64,000 bases of DNA from Octopus vulgaris (taxonomy: Eukaryota), in contig OX597817.1 of NCBI GenBank assembly GCA_951406725.2, positions 171,802,001-171,866,000 of the forward strand, written 5' to 3'. The notes under the pieces are model-generated. The model was not told where the DNA came from, made no database searches, and saw only the letters and a program-made list of their open reading frames with translations. This document shows positions 11,839 through 25,689 of the stretch, piece after piece. The stretch's first letter is position 1; the number at the start of each line of letters is the position of its first letter. The position numbers and the translations under genes are program-made.

Positions 11839-12049
11839 TTTACATACACAAATTTAAATGTGAGCTACTATCAGCTATATTCTTTGATAGTACAATGATT
11901 GAACAGCTTGCAGAGGTACCATGGTTCTATTATGTAATCTGTCAAGCTCAAATTGTTTGCTGCTTTCAAGATTGTATGAAAGTACACAGCACACTATACA
12001 AGGTTGAATGATTATTGTGGTATCCGAGCATGAAACTTATGGTAGCTCA

Positions 12050-12197
12050 CAATTAAATCTCGTGTATTTAAATGAAATCTATCTTTCACTTGATGGAGTA
12101 CTTTTTATTGATTCCCCACTGCAATTAAATCTCGTGTATTTAAATGAAATCTATCTTTCACTTGATGGAGTACTTTTTATTGATTCCCCACTGCAAT
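12050..12197. repeat. Perfect 72-bp tandem duplication
   Basis: 12050-12121 equals 12122-12193, followed by CAAT microhomology. Confidence 0.95.
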
Positions 12198-12379
12198 AAT
12201 GGAATGGCTCACCATATATACACAAGAATGAATTCCCTGGGATATCTTTTGCATGAAGAACATAAAGTTAACTGCAGATGACCGAACTTGAAGCAGTGAG
12301 CCAAGAATTTTAACTGTAAGTTGCCAAAATTTCATTAGTGTTAATGAAAATGGAGATATGTAGAGAGTGTATATGTACA

Positions 12380-12885
12380 TGTGTGTGTGTGTGCTGTGTG
12401 TGTGTGTGTGTGTACTGTGTGTGTGCTGTGTGTGTGTGCTGTGTGTGTGCGCGTGTGTGTGTGTGTGTGTGCATGTGTGCTGTGTGCTGTGTGTGTGTAT
12501 GTGTGTGTGTGTGCGTGTGTGTGTGTGTGCTGTGTGTGTGTATGCGTGTGTGTGTGTGTGCATGTGTGTGTGTATATGCGTGTGTGTGTGTGCTGTGTGT
12601 GTGTGCGCGTGTGTGTGTGTGTGTGTGCGCATGTGTGCTGTGTGCTGTGTGTGTGTATGTGTGTATGTGTGTATGTGTGTGTGTGTTTGTCCCTCAGCAC
12701 CACTTGACAACCGGTGTTGGTGTGTTTACATCCGCTAACTTAGTGGTTTGGCAAAAGAGACCGATAGAATAAGTACTACTCTTCAAAAGTCCCGGGGTTG
12801 ATTTGTTCAACTAAAACCCTTCCAGGCGGTGCTCCAGAATGGATACAGTCAAATGACTGAAACAAGTAAAAGAAAATAAAAGAAT
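12380..12885 (+). repeat. Compound (TG)n/TGC array followed by a SINE A 3' module
   Basis: TG-rich array 12380-12685, then TTTGTCCC...GTCAAATGACTGAAACAAGTAAAAG. Confidence 0.8.
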
Positions 12886-12898
12886 ATATATGTATATA

Positions 12899-12961
<63 letters not shown>

Positions 12962-13452
12962 ATGTATATATATAGTCATTTAAATGCCCAGATGGCTCAC
13001 AAGAAGTATTATCTCTCTTGCTTGGCCTCCCCACCCTGGCAACTGTATCATTTTTAATACCCCTGCTTCATTCCCATCCTACTTTTCTTCATTCCTCTTT
13101 CTCCACCGACTCAAGGTTTCTTGCTCATTCACCCTTCAACCCTACACACTTTGGCAGTCTACCTCTCCATACCCCCCCGTTCTCCTTCCCATAAAATCTT
13201 GCAAGCTGATTCTTTAACTTACCTTGTGCATTGCAAAGCTATCTAGGCACCTTATTGCCATTATCTATCTCTTGTTCATTTTCACTCTCTCTCTCTCTCT
13301 CTTCCCTTCCCTTACAAGATGTGGATAGCCATGTAGGTCCTCTACAAGAACCTGCACTGCCTCCCCAACCCTTCTCATTGTTCAGTTCTCTCATTCCCTA
13401 CCTTGAAGTTCTCCCCCCACCCAGATTTGTTGTTCTGCTAGCTGCATGGCAA

Positions 13453-13710
13453 GTGGAGGCACATGGCTTAGTGATTAGGGTGCTGAACTCATGAGCATAA
13501 GATTATGGTTTCGATTCCTGGACTGGGTGACTCATTGTGTTCTTGAGCAAAACACTTCATTTTCATGTTGCTCCAGTCCACTCAGCTGGCAAAAATTAGA
13601 AATCCTGCAACGGACCTGCGTCTCGTCCAGGTGAGGAATTTATACACCATTGAAACCAGCCCTTATGAATTAGCATGATTCAAGAAGGTAACTTTACCTT
13701 TACCTTTGTG
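13453..13710 (+). mobile_element. SINE family C2
   Basis: GTGGAGGCACATGGCTTAGTGATTAGG...GGTTTCGATTCC...CTTGAGCAAAACACTTCA...CCACTCAGCTGGCAAAAAT. Confidence 0.75.
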
Positions 13711-13711
13711 T

Positions 13712-13923
13712 AGCTGCATGGCAACCTCAGTAGTGCAAGTGGCACAAAAAAAATAACACCCAGTCCATATTATAAGGTGGTTAGCATTAGCAAGGGCATC
13801 CAGTCACAGAAACCATGTCAAACCACATACCGGAGCACAATGCAGTCCTTGGATACATTGGATCCTGTCAAACCATCCAACCCATGCCATTATGTGATGA
13901 TGATGATGATGATGATGATGATG
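13712..13923 (+). mobile_element. Family D copy with (GAT)n tail
   Basis: GCATTAGCAAGGGCATCCAG...GTCAAACCATCCAACCCATGCC-(GAT)n. Confidence 0.7.
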
Positions 13924-14690
13924 AGAATATGTATATGTATATATTGTTTGCATAAATATTTAATATTCCTTACAATGGTACCTTTGTTTCATAAGTCCAT
14001 TCCTACTCATCAAAGGAAATAAAAAAATCAGTTTTATGAAATATATGATGGATATAAATAATGCTGTCTCTGTAAAGAACACAGAATAAGTCTGTAAACT
14101 GGATCGTAATCTTCTTGGATTTTCTATAACTTTTATTGAATTTTCTTTTATTAATCTTGGTCTATTCAATCATTAGATTATAAACTTACACACACACACA
14201 CACATGCAGGGAGAGTTACAAGTGTGCATAGATATGCACACAGGGAACCACTCAATAGCTCTTTCTGGTTAGATGGTTGAAGTTTAGGAGTACGGAGAAT
14301 AATCTGTCTATGGTACTGAATACCAAAATAAGCATGCCAACTAGGGAACCTCTGCATTGTTGCTTAGTCAGCTAGAAATGCAGTAAAATCTCCCTTAAGT
14401 CACATGCTACCATCTTGAAAAGAGCTTTAAATATGATACATTGAATTACATGACCCTTGATATACTATCTGAAAAATGAAAAAAAGAAGATAGGACAGCC
14501 ATGGTTGGAATATTCTTTGATTGTAGATATGCCTTGTAAGACTGACCCAGGGCTAAACAATATGAATAGAGCCAATGGTGGTTGGAGCAGAAAAAGAGAA
14601 AGACATCATTACTCACAGGTTACTGCAGTAAGAAGCCCTGGCCCTGATGTTTGCAACACAGTGGACCCTATTAAAAGTATTCAAAGGCTT

Positions 14691-15553
14691 CAGTGGCTCT
14701 CAACCAGGGTTCATGTGACCTTTTGGTGGTCCATATGAACAAAATAGTAAATTGGGGATCCACTGAAATATTTCAAGGGTTCTACGCAAGTGAAGATGTG
14801 AAAAGCAAAATAGGGAATTTGAAAGAAATAACTATTAAAGTAGTTTTTAAACATCGACTGGCAGCAGAGGCCTACCAAAATTAAATAGTAAATTTGGGAT
14901 TCACAGTAATAGTTTAAGGGCCAATGAAAGTATTTTGCTTTTGATGAAGCATGTTCTCTCAGTGAGTGCTATTGCAAACTTACACAAGTGAATGAACGAG
15001 AAACAAAATAGGAATTTTGAAAGCTGTATCTATAAAACTAGTTTATAAACATATATATAGGTGCAGGAGTGGCTGTGTGGTAAGTAGCTTGCTAACCAAC
15101 CACATGGTTCCAGGGTTCAGTCCCACTGCGTGGCATCTTGGGCAAGTGTCTTCTGCTATAGCCCCGGGCTGACCAATGCCTTGTGAGTGGATTTGGTAGA
15201 CGGAAACTGAAAGAAGCCTGTCGTATATATGTATATATATATATATGTGTGTGTGTATATGTTTGTGTGTCTGTGTTTGTCCCCCTAGCATTGCTTGACA
15301 ACCGATGCTGGTGTGTTTATGTCCCCGTCACTTAGCGGTTCGGCAAAAGAGACCGATAGAATAAGTACTAGGCTTACTAAGACTAAGTCTCGGGGTCGAT
15401 TTGCTCGACTAAACGTGGTGCTCCAGCATGGCCGCAGTCAAATGACTGAAACAAGTAAAAGAGTAACAGAGTAAGAGAATAGCAATGAAGGTCCAGCAGA
15501 ATAAAATAACAATCAAAGGGGTTCATAGGTAAAGCAATGATTAAAAGCCACTA
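14691..15553. mobile_element. Old hAT-like MITE interrupted by a SINE A
   Basis: Left end CAGTGGCTCTCAACC; right end GATTAAAAGCCACTA (degenerate inverse). No clean 8-bp TSD. Confidence 0.4.
15060..15477 (+). mobile_element. Full-length bipartite tRNA-derived SINE family A (CORE-like head, internal microsatellite, 3' module)
   Basis: A box TGGCTGTGTGG, B box GGTTCAGTCCC, CTTGGGCAAGTG CORE-like motif, (TA)n(TG)n linker, (AAAGAGT)n tail. Confidence 0.9.
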
Positions 15554-15977
15554 GGCTTGATGGTGGTATTTTAAGCCAGGCCCCACCTCAAATCCATCAT
15601 CTAATGTGTCCCTGTTACATTGGCATAGATTCCAAGGGAAGAAGGTTGACAGGATAAAGACATTGCACAGGTGAACTTTTGCTAGCAGGTGAACAAAAAT
15701 GGATGGAGTGTACGTAAAAAAATAAAGCTTCCATAGATGTTTCAGATAATCATGAAATAAATCAAAGCAGGTTTTTTTGTATATTTTCATTTTTATTTTC
15801 CTTCTTTATTCTTTAAGTTTCTAAAGAGTTATATTCAGCGAAAATAACACCTATTATATTGTAGTTTGCTATCATTGTCATTAGCTCTATCTGTTCTTTT
15901 GGATGCACTACAGTAAAATAACGCCTATGTATATATATATATATATATATATAAACACACACTTATATACACATATC

Positions 15978-16020
<43 letters not shown>

Positions 16021-16036
16021 ACACACTTATATACAC

Positions 16037-16076
<40 letters not shown>

Positions 16077-16104
16077 CACTTATATACACATATATACATA
16101 TATA

Positions 16105-16160
<56 letters not shown>

Positions 16161-16714
16161 GGGAGAATATTATATGTATATAATATATGTTCTCATCATC
16201 ATTATCATACATACATATATATATATACATATATATATAATGAGAAAAGAGACTAGCTGTTAGGGAAGGAGAAAAGGAGATAGGTACATAGGTGGGAGGT
16301 TTAGAGATTTATAGATATGTAGGTAGATTAGAGAGAGGGAAAGACAGACAGATAGAGTGATAGCGAACCGATAGAACATAGGAGGAGGGTGGATTCAAAC
16401 ATCAAACGTAAGCATTTTCTGTTTGTCTATCCATAGGCAGCAATAAAAATAAAACTAAACACAACATGAATAGATGAATATTGCTATTGATTTTTTTCCA
16501 GGAGTAGAAACGAGAGCTGTGACACACACACTCACATCCATATCCATATATATATATATATATACACACATAACTGTTTTATAGATGCTGATGATGTAAC
16601 AGATAAAGGTTTAAATGGCGAGCATCACTAATGAGAACTAAACAGCAAACTTCAGATTAAAAGCTCACTTTTATGGAATGATATCTGTAATACATACATA
16701 CAAACATACCTAAG

Positions 16715-17159
16715 AGTACCATACGAGTGAGATTGTTACCAGAGCAACAAGCTGGCCTCTGTGCCGATGGCGCTTCAAAACCACCATTCGAGAGCGATCG
16801 TTACCTGCGTCGCCTTAATGGCACTTGTGCTGGTGGCACCTTGAAAAAACATTTGAGCGTGGTCATTGCCAGTGCCACTGGACTGGCTCCTCTGCAGGTG
16901 GCACATAAAAAGCACCATTTGAGTGTGGCCATTGCCAGTACCACCCCACTGACCCTCGTGCCGGTGGCTTGTAAAAGCACCCACTACACCTCTCTGAGCG
17001 GTAGGCGTTAGGAAGGGCATCAAGCAGTAGAAACTCTGCCAGATAAGACTGGAGTCTGGTGCAGCCATCTGGTTTGCCAGACCTCAGTCAAATCGTCCAA
17101 CCCATGCTATCATCGAAAGTGGACGTTAAACAATGATGATGATGATGATGATGGTGATG
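16715..17159 (+). mobile_element. Longer family D copy with internal subrepeats
   Basis: Repeated GGTGGC...AAAAGCACCATTTGAG-type units upstream of the common D tail and (GAT)n. Confidence 0.8.
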
Positions 17160-17189
17160 AAACATTCATTCTTTTACTGTTGTTAGTTA

Positions 17190-17405
17190 TTGGTTCAAAT
17201 TTTGGCACAAGGCCACCAATTTTGCAGAAGGGGCTAAGTTGATTACATCAACCCCAGTACTTTACTGGCACTTGTTTCATCAACCCCAAAAGGATAAAAG
17301 GTAAAGTCAACCTCAGTAGAACTTGAACTCAGAACGTACAGACAGACAAAATGCTGCGAAGCATTTTGCCTGGTTTGCTAACGATTCTGCCAGCTCACAG
17401 CCTTA
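17190..17405 (-). mobile_element. SINE family B, older variant
   Basis: CCCCAAAAGGATAAAAGGTAAAGTCAACCTC...GAACTCAGAACG...TTCTGCCAGCTC. Confidence 0.75.
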
Positions 17406-17454
17406 AACTGTTGTTAGTTATTAGACCATAGATTGTGGCCAGGCTGGGGCATCT

Positions 17455-17658
17455 AACTTTAAACATTTAGTCAGTAAAATGTAATGCTTATTTATTCACA
17501 TTGTTCTGAATTAATTAAACATTATCTTGCTGCCTTGAGATTTCAATGATGTGATTGATTATTTTTAGAATGACATTGTAAGGTGGATGTGAGAGGCTGG
17601 ATCTGGCCAGGTAGAATGTTTGGGCCTGATATGGCTGATTCAAATGCTAAAGGGTTAA
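17455..17658 (-). mobile_element. piggyBac-like MITE family E
   Basis: Ends AATGCTAAAGGG-TTAA; homologous to 20416-20640. Confidence 0.7.
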
Positions 17659-17832
17659 ACATTTTGTCAAACTACATCCAGTGGTGTGTGAATAAGAACC
17701 TTGCTTCCCAACAACATGGTCTTGGGTTCAGTTCCACTGCATGGTACCTTGGCAAGTGCCTTCTATTTCAGCCCTGGGATGATCAAAGTCTAGTGAGTGA
17801 ATTTGGTAGACAGAAAATAAAAAAGAAACCTG

Positions 17833-17866
<34 letters not shown>

Positions 17867-18121
17867 GTCTCTATATGTGTGTGCATATTTGTGCCACCTT
17901 GTTGTTATATTGTGTGATAGTTGTAAGTGACCATCACCATCATATGAGCAACGTCACTCATTTCCAATTTTCATTGTGGCCAAGGGGGGGAATATTATCT
18001 TGCTTGGAAATAGGTGGGAGTCATCCACAACCTGAAACCTGGGCATCCAGTTACAGAAAAAAAATCTGCAGCAACAAATTCTATCTGATCCACGCATGAA
18101 AGGAAAAGTGGACAAAAGTGT

Positions 18122-18520
18122 GTGCAGGAGTGGCTGTGTGGTAAGTAGCTTGTTTACCAACCACATGGTTCCGGGTTCAGTCCCACTGCGTGGCACCTTG
18201 GGCAAGTGTCTTCTACTATAGCCTCGGACCGACCAAAGCCTTGTAAGTGGATTTGGTAGACAGAAACTGAAAGAAGCCCGTTGTATATATGTATATATAT
18301 ATGCGTGTGTGTGTTTGTGTGTCTGTGTTTGTCCCCCTAGCATTGCTTGACAACCGATGCTGGTGTGTTTATGTCCCCGTTACTTAGCGGTTCAGCAAAA
18401 GAGACCGATAGAATAAGTACTGGGCTTACAAAAGAATAAGTCCTGGGGGTCGAGTTGTTCGATTAAAGGCGGTGCTTCAGCATGGCCACAGTCAAATGAC
18501 TGAAACAAGTATAAAAAAAA
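18122..18520 (+). mobile_element. SINE family A, full length
   Basis: Head, microsatellite and tail as at 15060. Confidence 0.9.
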
Positions 18521-19319
18521 AAATTTTTTTAATTAAAACAATGAAAATGATGACGACAACAACTATGATGACGGTGATGACAACCGTGATGATATGCATA
18601 GAAATGCCCACAAGTGGTCAGAACAGATGCAATGGGATTAAAATTTCCAGTTGACTCTGATAAAACCACCAACAGTATATTTACTAGCAATCATCAACAT
18701 TATAATCACTACTAAATGTGACAGGCTTTATAGGAGTTGTTCACCAGGGACTCTATAGAAATCAATTCTTTATGCTTGTATATATTCTGTTCCAGTCTTG
18801 TGACCATTTCCAATATTCCTGTTAACGGGCTTCTGGTCACTATACATATTCTGTGTACGTATGTTTTAGAAAGAGTTTATGAATATGATTATAATTATCA
18901 TTTACGACTCAAATGGTGACACCAGATTCTATTCTCCCATGTTCAGAATATCATGTTTTGACACAAATAACTTGCAAGAATTTCATTGACGCAAATATTG
19001 ATTCTGTCACAAGAAACATGCATTGCATTGAGAATAGCTAAATAGAATTTGTCAAGATGCTCCAGAGAGAAAACTTTTGAGAGCACCATTCTAAATTCTA
19101 ACAACTTTGGAGGCTTTCTCCATGAAGAATCCATGATAGCCAATCTATTTATTTGAGAATGTTTGTATTGGAATAGTTTAAACATTTGTTTTTCATTGGA
19201 GGAAATATTTGTTTTTGTGAATTATACTTTTTTTAATATTTTTTTTAGCCAGAGGGAATTATTATTTTTTTTTAATTCTCCAAACTCGGTATTTTTGAAT
19301 TTAGACAAGCAAATAAGAA

Positions 19320-19527
19320 TCCTTTCTACTTTAGGCACAAGGCTTGAAATTTGGCAGGAGGGGTTAGTCAGTCACTGACCCCAGTGCTCAACTGATAATT
19401 CATTGACCTCAAAAAGATGAAAGGTAAAGTCACCCTTGGTGGCGTTCGAACTCAGAACTTAATGCCAAGCAAAATGTCACTAAGCATTTTGCCAGGCATG
19501 TTAATGATTCTGCCAGCTTGCCGCCTT
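19320..19527 (-). mobile_element. SINE family B, older variant
   Basis: AAAGATGAAAGGTAAAGTC...GAACTCAGAAC...TTCTGCCAGCTTGCCGCC. Confidence 0.7.
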
Positions 19528-19717
19528 TTGATATGCAAATTCTAATGCCAGGGAAAAAATATTAGTTTCCAAATTTGGCACAAAGCCAGCAAGCTCAGGA
19601 GAGAGATTAAGTTGATTACATCAACCTTAGTTTTCGACTGGCTCTTATTCTATTAATCCCAAAAGGATGACAGTAAAGTTGACTGCAACAGAATTTGAAC
19701 TGAGAATGTAAAGAGAG

Positions 19718-20034
19718 GTGGAGGTGTAATGGCCCAGTGGTTAGGGCAGCAGACTCGTGGTTGGAGGATCGCAGTTTCGATTCCCAGACTGGGCATTGTA
19801 TGTGTTTATTGAGCAAAAACACCTAAAAGCTCCACAAGTCTCCAACAGGGGGTGGTGGTGACCCCTGTTGTACCCTTTCACCCCAACTTTCTCTCACTCT
19901 CTCTCCCTGTTTCTTGAGTAATGCTGTGATGGACTGGCGTCCCGTCCAGCTGGGGGGAACACATATGCCACAGAAACCAGGAAACTGGGCCCATGAGCCT
20001 GGTTAGGCTTGAAAAGTATGAAAGAAAAATAAGA
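19718..20034 (+). mobile_element. tRNA-derived SINE family C nested in a family B copy
   Basis: TGGCCCAGTGGTTAGG A box, GTTTCGATTCCC B box; 13-bp TSD AATGTAAAGAGAG at 19705-19717 and 20035-20047; family B sequence on both sides. Confidence 0.9.
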
Positions 20035-20415
20035 AATGTAAAGAGAGATGAAACATCACTAAGTATTTTGCCTGGTAGCAATTCTGCCAGCTCATTGTCT
20101 TATTGCAAGGGAAAAAATATTAACAATATTCACATAACGTGTATTTTCTCTTTATTTAAATATGTATGTTTTGTCAATTTTCAGAGTATAACTTTTGGGT
20201 GAAATTTAAAGTTTTGCCAACTAACCACATTACAAACTAAAGGGAAAGAGCAAATAATAAAAATAATTAAACAAAATATGCAGTATACCTTAAAGAATCA
20301 GAGCATCCTTAAAGAATTGAAACCCAATCTTTTCACTAGCAAAGACCTTTTTACTTTAGCCCTTTTTATATCAACTTAGCTGAGGCAACTACGCATGCTA
20401 TGCTAAAAATTTTAA

Positions 20416-20640
20416 CCCTTTATCATTCAAACAGGCAATATCCGGCCAAAATATTCTGCCTGCTTTTTGTTCAAACTGGCCAGATCTGGACTCTCACACC
20501 TACCCTATTATGTCATTGTATAAAAAAAAAGCAATCACATCATCAAAATCTCAAAGTTACAAAAATAATGCCTGATTAATTCAATACAATGGGAATAAAT
20601 AAAGCATTACATTTGACAGAATAATCTGGATGTGAAAGGG
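20416..20640 (+). mobile_element. piggyBac-like MITE family E
   Basis: TTAA|CCCTTT...AAAGGG|TTAA; at least four related copies in the window. Confidence 0.8.
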
Positions 20641-21109
20641 TTAAAAGTAATCTAAATTAAAACTAAATTAGAAAATTTCATTATAATTCATGTCCCAAAT
20701 TATCTGATTCAAAAATGATAAAGTTATCTTACTATATTCTCTATTAATTTCAAAATCAATCGAAACAATGGCACTGTACTTCAACAGAAATCGTCATCAT
20801 CATCATCATTATCATCATCGTCATCGTCTTCATCCTTGTCCATCTTATTGTTTAATGTCCACTTTTCCAAACTCGCATGACGCAAACAGAGTGTAAAGAG
20901 GCAGATTTGCTGCAGTTGGATGCCCATCCTGTTACTAACCCTTTTCTGTTTCTAAGTAAGGCAATATTTCCTCATGATCAGACATGCTTTTATGGAAGAT
21001 TGGAAATGAAGGGCATCATTGTATGATGGTAACACTTTTTTTACCAGTATCATGTAATATCAACACACGCGTACACACATGTACATACAGATACATAAAT
21101 ATATACATA

Positions 21110-21157
<48 letters not shown>

Positions 21158-21167
21158 CATACATATA

Positions 21168-21205
<38 letters not shown>

Positions 21206-21214
21206 CACATATAT

Positions 21215-21370
<156 letters not shown>

Positions 21371-21794
21371 GACTAATTTCTTTCACTTCCCATTAACGTA
21401 ATCCATTCACAAGGCCTTAGTTGGCCTGGGGCTACAGTAGCAGACATATGCCCAAAGTACCACACAATGGGACTGAACCTGAAACCTTACAGTTGGGAGG
21501 AAGCAAACTTCTTAACCACACAGCCATGTCTGCTCCACATAACATCTAGACAAAGTCGTCTATCACTATGTACATTTAAAATACCCAGCACCAAATGATG
21601 TCTAGACATAATTAAGCTACCAGCAGCAGCAGCAGCACCACCAGCAGCACCACCATCACCACCACCACCACCACTTCTGACTTAGAAATTTTGCTCAAGG
21701 GTTAAAACCATTGGAGTCAAATGAAGAATATTCTCAGAATATTGGTTGTATCAAAGTATATCAGGTAGCATCTGCACACAGTCTATGAAATATT

Positions 21795-22150
21795 GATTTC
21801 GAATTTTGGCACAAGGCCAGGAATTTTGTGAGTGGGTTTAAGTCGATTACATCGTCCCCAATGCTCAGCTGGTACTTATTTTATTGGCCTTGAAAGGTAT
21901 GAAAGGCAAAGTCAACCATGGCAAAATTTGAATGTGGAACGTAAAGATGGATGAAATACTGTTTAGCATGCTGCCCAGTGGACTAATAGTTCTGCAAGTT
22001 TTCTGCCACAAGGGCAACAATTTTAGGGGACGGTGAGGTAAGTCAATGACATTGACCCCAGTGCTCAACTGGTACTTATTTTATCGACCCTGAATAGATG
22101 AAAGGCGAAGTTTGAACTTAGAATGTAAAGATAGATGAAATGTTAGTAAG
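21795..22150 (-). mobile_element. Two tandem SINE B variants
   Basis: CTGGTACTTATTTTAT...ATGAAAGGC...TTTGAA module occurs twice. Confidence 0.7.
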
Positions 22151-22744
22151 TCATAGGCGTAGAAGTGACAAGACCCACACATTTATATAGGATTTTTTCC
22201 TTAAGTGTTTTTCTTTCAGCAGGAACATAAAGTTGAGGTAAGAGGGCTCCGAAAGGGGTCTCAGGGAATAGCGTCCCTGCCTTCCTGAGCTAGTTTTCCA
22301 CACTTTTTAAAAATCGTGGTAGAGTCCTTAGTCTTGGGACCACTCATGTCTAGAAACTGAGGTTGGGAGTAAGCAAAGGCATGCAAACACACCCATGCAG
22401 ATATATATATATATATTTATATATATACATACACATATATAGGACAGTCTTTCCTCAGTTCTCATCAACCAAATCTACTCACAAGGTTTTGTTAGCTTAA
22501 AGCTATAGCAGAATTGTGTGTGTGTGTATCTTTGTGTGTGCATGTGTTCATGTGTGTGTGTGTGCATGTATATTCATGCATGTATGTATGTATATACATA
22601 CACATATATATATGTGTACATATATACCTAGATACATATATATATATATATATATTTTACATATATACATATATGTATATATTTACATATGTATAGACAT
22701 ACACACACACACATGCACATACACACACACACACACATGCACAT

Positions 22745-22777
<33 letters not shown>

Positions 22778-23070
22778 AAACAATTACGAAAGACATATAT
22801 GAGCCTTTCAAAAACACACAAAGACCATTAACTCCACATACACATTTATTTTTTGTTGTCAAAATTTCCGTTACAACAGCTGCAACAAAAACTACAATGA
22901 AACCATGTCAGTGACCCGGTCACAGTCAGTGTGAGGAAAATCTTGGTATCAAATATTAAATGTTCAAGTGAATACAAACAAGAACTCAATAAAACTAGTA
23001 AGTCTAATTTACATAACAGTATATGCACTGATAATGTGGATTAATTTATTCCTTGTGCACTACCCACTTC

Positions 23071-23387
23071 GTGGAGGTGCAATGGCCCAGTGGTTAGGGC
23101 AGCGGACTCGCAGTCGGAGGATCGTGGTTTCAATTCCCAGACCGGGCGTTGTGTGTGTTTATTGAGCGAAAACACCCAAAGCTCCTCGAGGCTCTGGCAG
23201 TGGGTGGTGGTGACCCCTGTTGTACTCTTTCGTCCAAACTTTCTCTCACTCTTTCTTCCTGTTTTTTGAGTAATGCTGCGATGGACCGGCGTCTCGTCCA
23301 GCTGCGGGGAACACATACGCCATAGAAACTGGGAAATCGGGCCCATGAGCCTGGCTAGGCTTGAAAAAGGGCGCATAAATAAAAAAA
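23071..23387 (+). mobile_element. SINE family C, full length
   Basis: 12-bp TSD ACTACCCACTTC at 23059-23070 and 23388-23399; matches the 19718 copy. Confidence 0.9.
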
Positions 23388-24196
23388 ACTACCCACTTCA
23401 TGGTAAAGTTTGGGAATAATTTGGAATATAAAATATATACCACAAAACAATTAATCACTCCAGAGGTGAGAGAAGATGAGCATTCTTAAGGGTTGGTACT
23501 TAAAAGCAGTTTCAAGGGATTAAACAGTTAAGTGTTGGATCCCTTTTCAGTATACAATGTCAATACACATATAATAACATTCCCAAATATGCTGGTACTG
23601 AAAGGTGAGGGAAAACAGTCAGAACGCTCCCAGTTTTACCATTCACAGACAGATAAAAGCTCTAGAGTAACTACCTAGTTTGGTTTTGACAGTAGCGCAA
23701 AAAATGGTACAGTTATTTAAAAAAAAATAAGGCAATAAGGCATAACTTATATTTCGCATTATTGAAACACGATGGAGGAAAGCATCAGGAATTACTATAT
23801 ATAGGTATGTAAACGGTTGTGTCTGTATTTATGTTGGTCCGGTGCTGTGCCAAAAAAATTTGTAATTTAGACATTTGATAAACAGAGATCAATAAAATAA
23901 GTACAAGATTGAAATGAGCACCATTGTTGAAATGATTGGCTAAAAATTCCCTAGAAGGCAATGTCCCAGGGTGGCTACTTCCCAGTGACTGAGATTGGTA
24001 TGATATATGTGTGTGTGTGAGTGCGTGTTTATATATTAAATATATATATATGTATACACATATGTATATAGTTTATATATTAGTTTATATATTATTATAT
24101 GCATATACACACATATATATATATATATAAATACATATATAAATAGTATGCTTATATATAATTTTCATCAATTATATATGTAAAAAGTGTATATAA

Positions 24197-24232
<36 letters not shown>

Positions 24233-24738
24233 TTGCATGTTTTAAGCATATATATGCATTCCACACACACACACACACACACATGTATGTATATGTGTGT
24301 GTGTGTGTGTAAATATATGCATGCATGTGTTAATTGAAGTATACTGCTATTCTCATACCCACCACCACCACCACTACCTTTATTCAAAAAGTGAAATAAT
24401 AATAATAATAAAAAGCAAAAAGATCCAAAGACAACTACTATTACACAACCAAAAGCTGTAAACATGTTCTGCAATTGTAAATATACAGTGTGTGTATTCA
24501 TTTAATATCTTTTGATCAATATTTGAACCAATCTAGTTCATATTTCTCACCTTTTCTAGCTCTGGTTCTCTTTCTCTCTCTCTCTCTCTCTTCCCCTCTT
24601 TCTTTCTCTCTTCCTCTTACTCTCTTTCTCTTCTCTCTCTAAATCTTTTCTAACTCTCTTGCAAAATCTATTCCACTCTGCCTTTCCCTAAAACCAACCA
24701 ACTCCAACTAACTCCACCCTCTGTCTACATATATACAA

Positions 24739-24799
<61 letters not shown>

Positions 24800-25084
24800 T
24801 ATACATATACTCACACATACATATACATATACACACATACATATTATATATATACATAATATATTTATATAAATGTATATATACATACTTATATTATACA
24901 TATACATATATTATATATATGATATATATATATATCTGTATAGATAGGTACATATATACACACACACATACATACACTCATGTGCACACTTCTCTTTCAC
25001 ATTCACTCTCTCTACATACTTTCTCTTTATCTTTTTCTGGCTAATTTTCTCTCCCACTCTCATTGTCTCTCTCTCTCTCTCTCT

Positions 25085-25373
25085 CTCTATCTTTTTCTCT
25101 GTCTATCTTGCTCTCCCTCCTTCTGGCTCACCTCTCTCTCTCTCTCTCTTTTTCTCTGTCTATCTTGCTCTCCCTCCTTCTGGCTCACCTCTCTCTCTCT
25201 CACTCTCTCTTTTTCTCTGTCTATCTTGCTCTCCCTCCTTCTGGCTCACCTCTCTCTCTCTCACTCTCTCTTTTTCTCTGTCTATCTTGCTCTCCCTCCT
25301 TCTGGCTCACCTCTCTCTCTCTCTCTCACTCTCTCTTTTTCTCTGTCTATCTTGCTCTCCCTCCTTCTGGCTC

Positions 25374-25419
<46 letters not shown>

Positions 25420-25594
25420 CTCTGTCTATCTTGCTCTCCCTCCTTCTGTCTCACCTCCCTCTCTCTCTCTCTCACTCTCTCTCTCTGTCTTTTTCTCTGT
25501 CTATCTTGCTCTCCCTCCTTCTGACTCACCTCCCTCTCTCTCTCTCTCACTCTCTCTTTTTCTCTGTCTATCTTGCTCTCCCTCCTTCTGGCTC

Positions 25595-25630
<36 letters not shown>

Positions 25631-25656
25631 ATCTTGCTCTCCCTCCTTCTGGCTCA

Positions 25657-25689
<33 letters not shown>

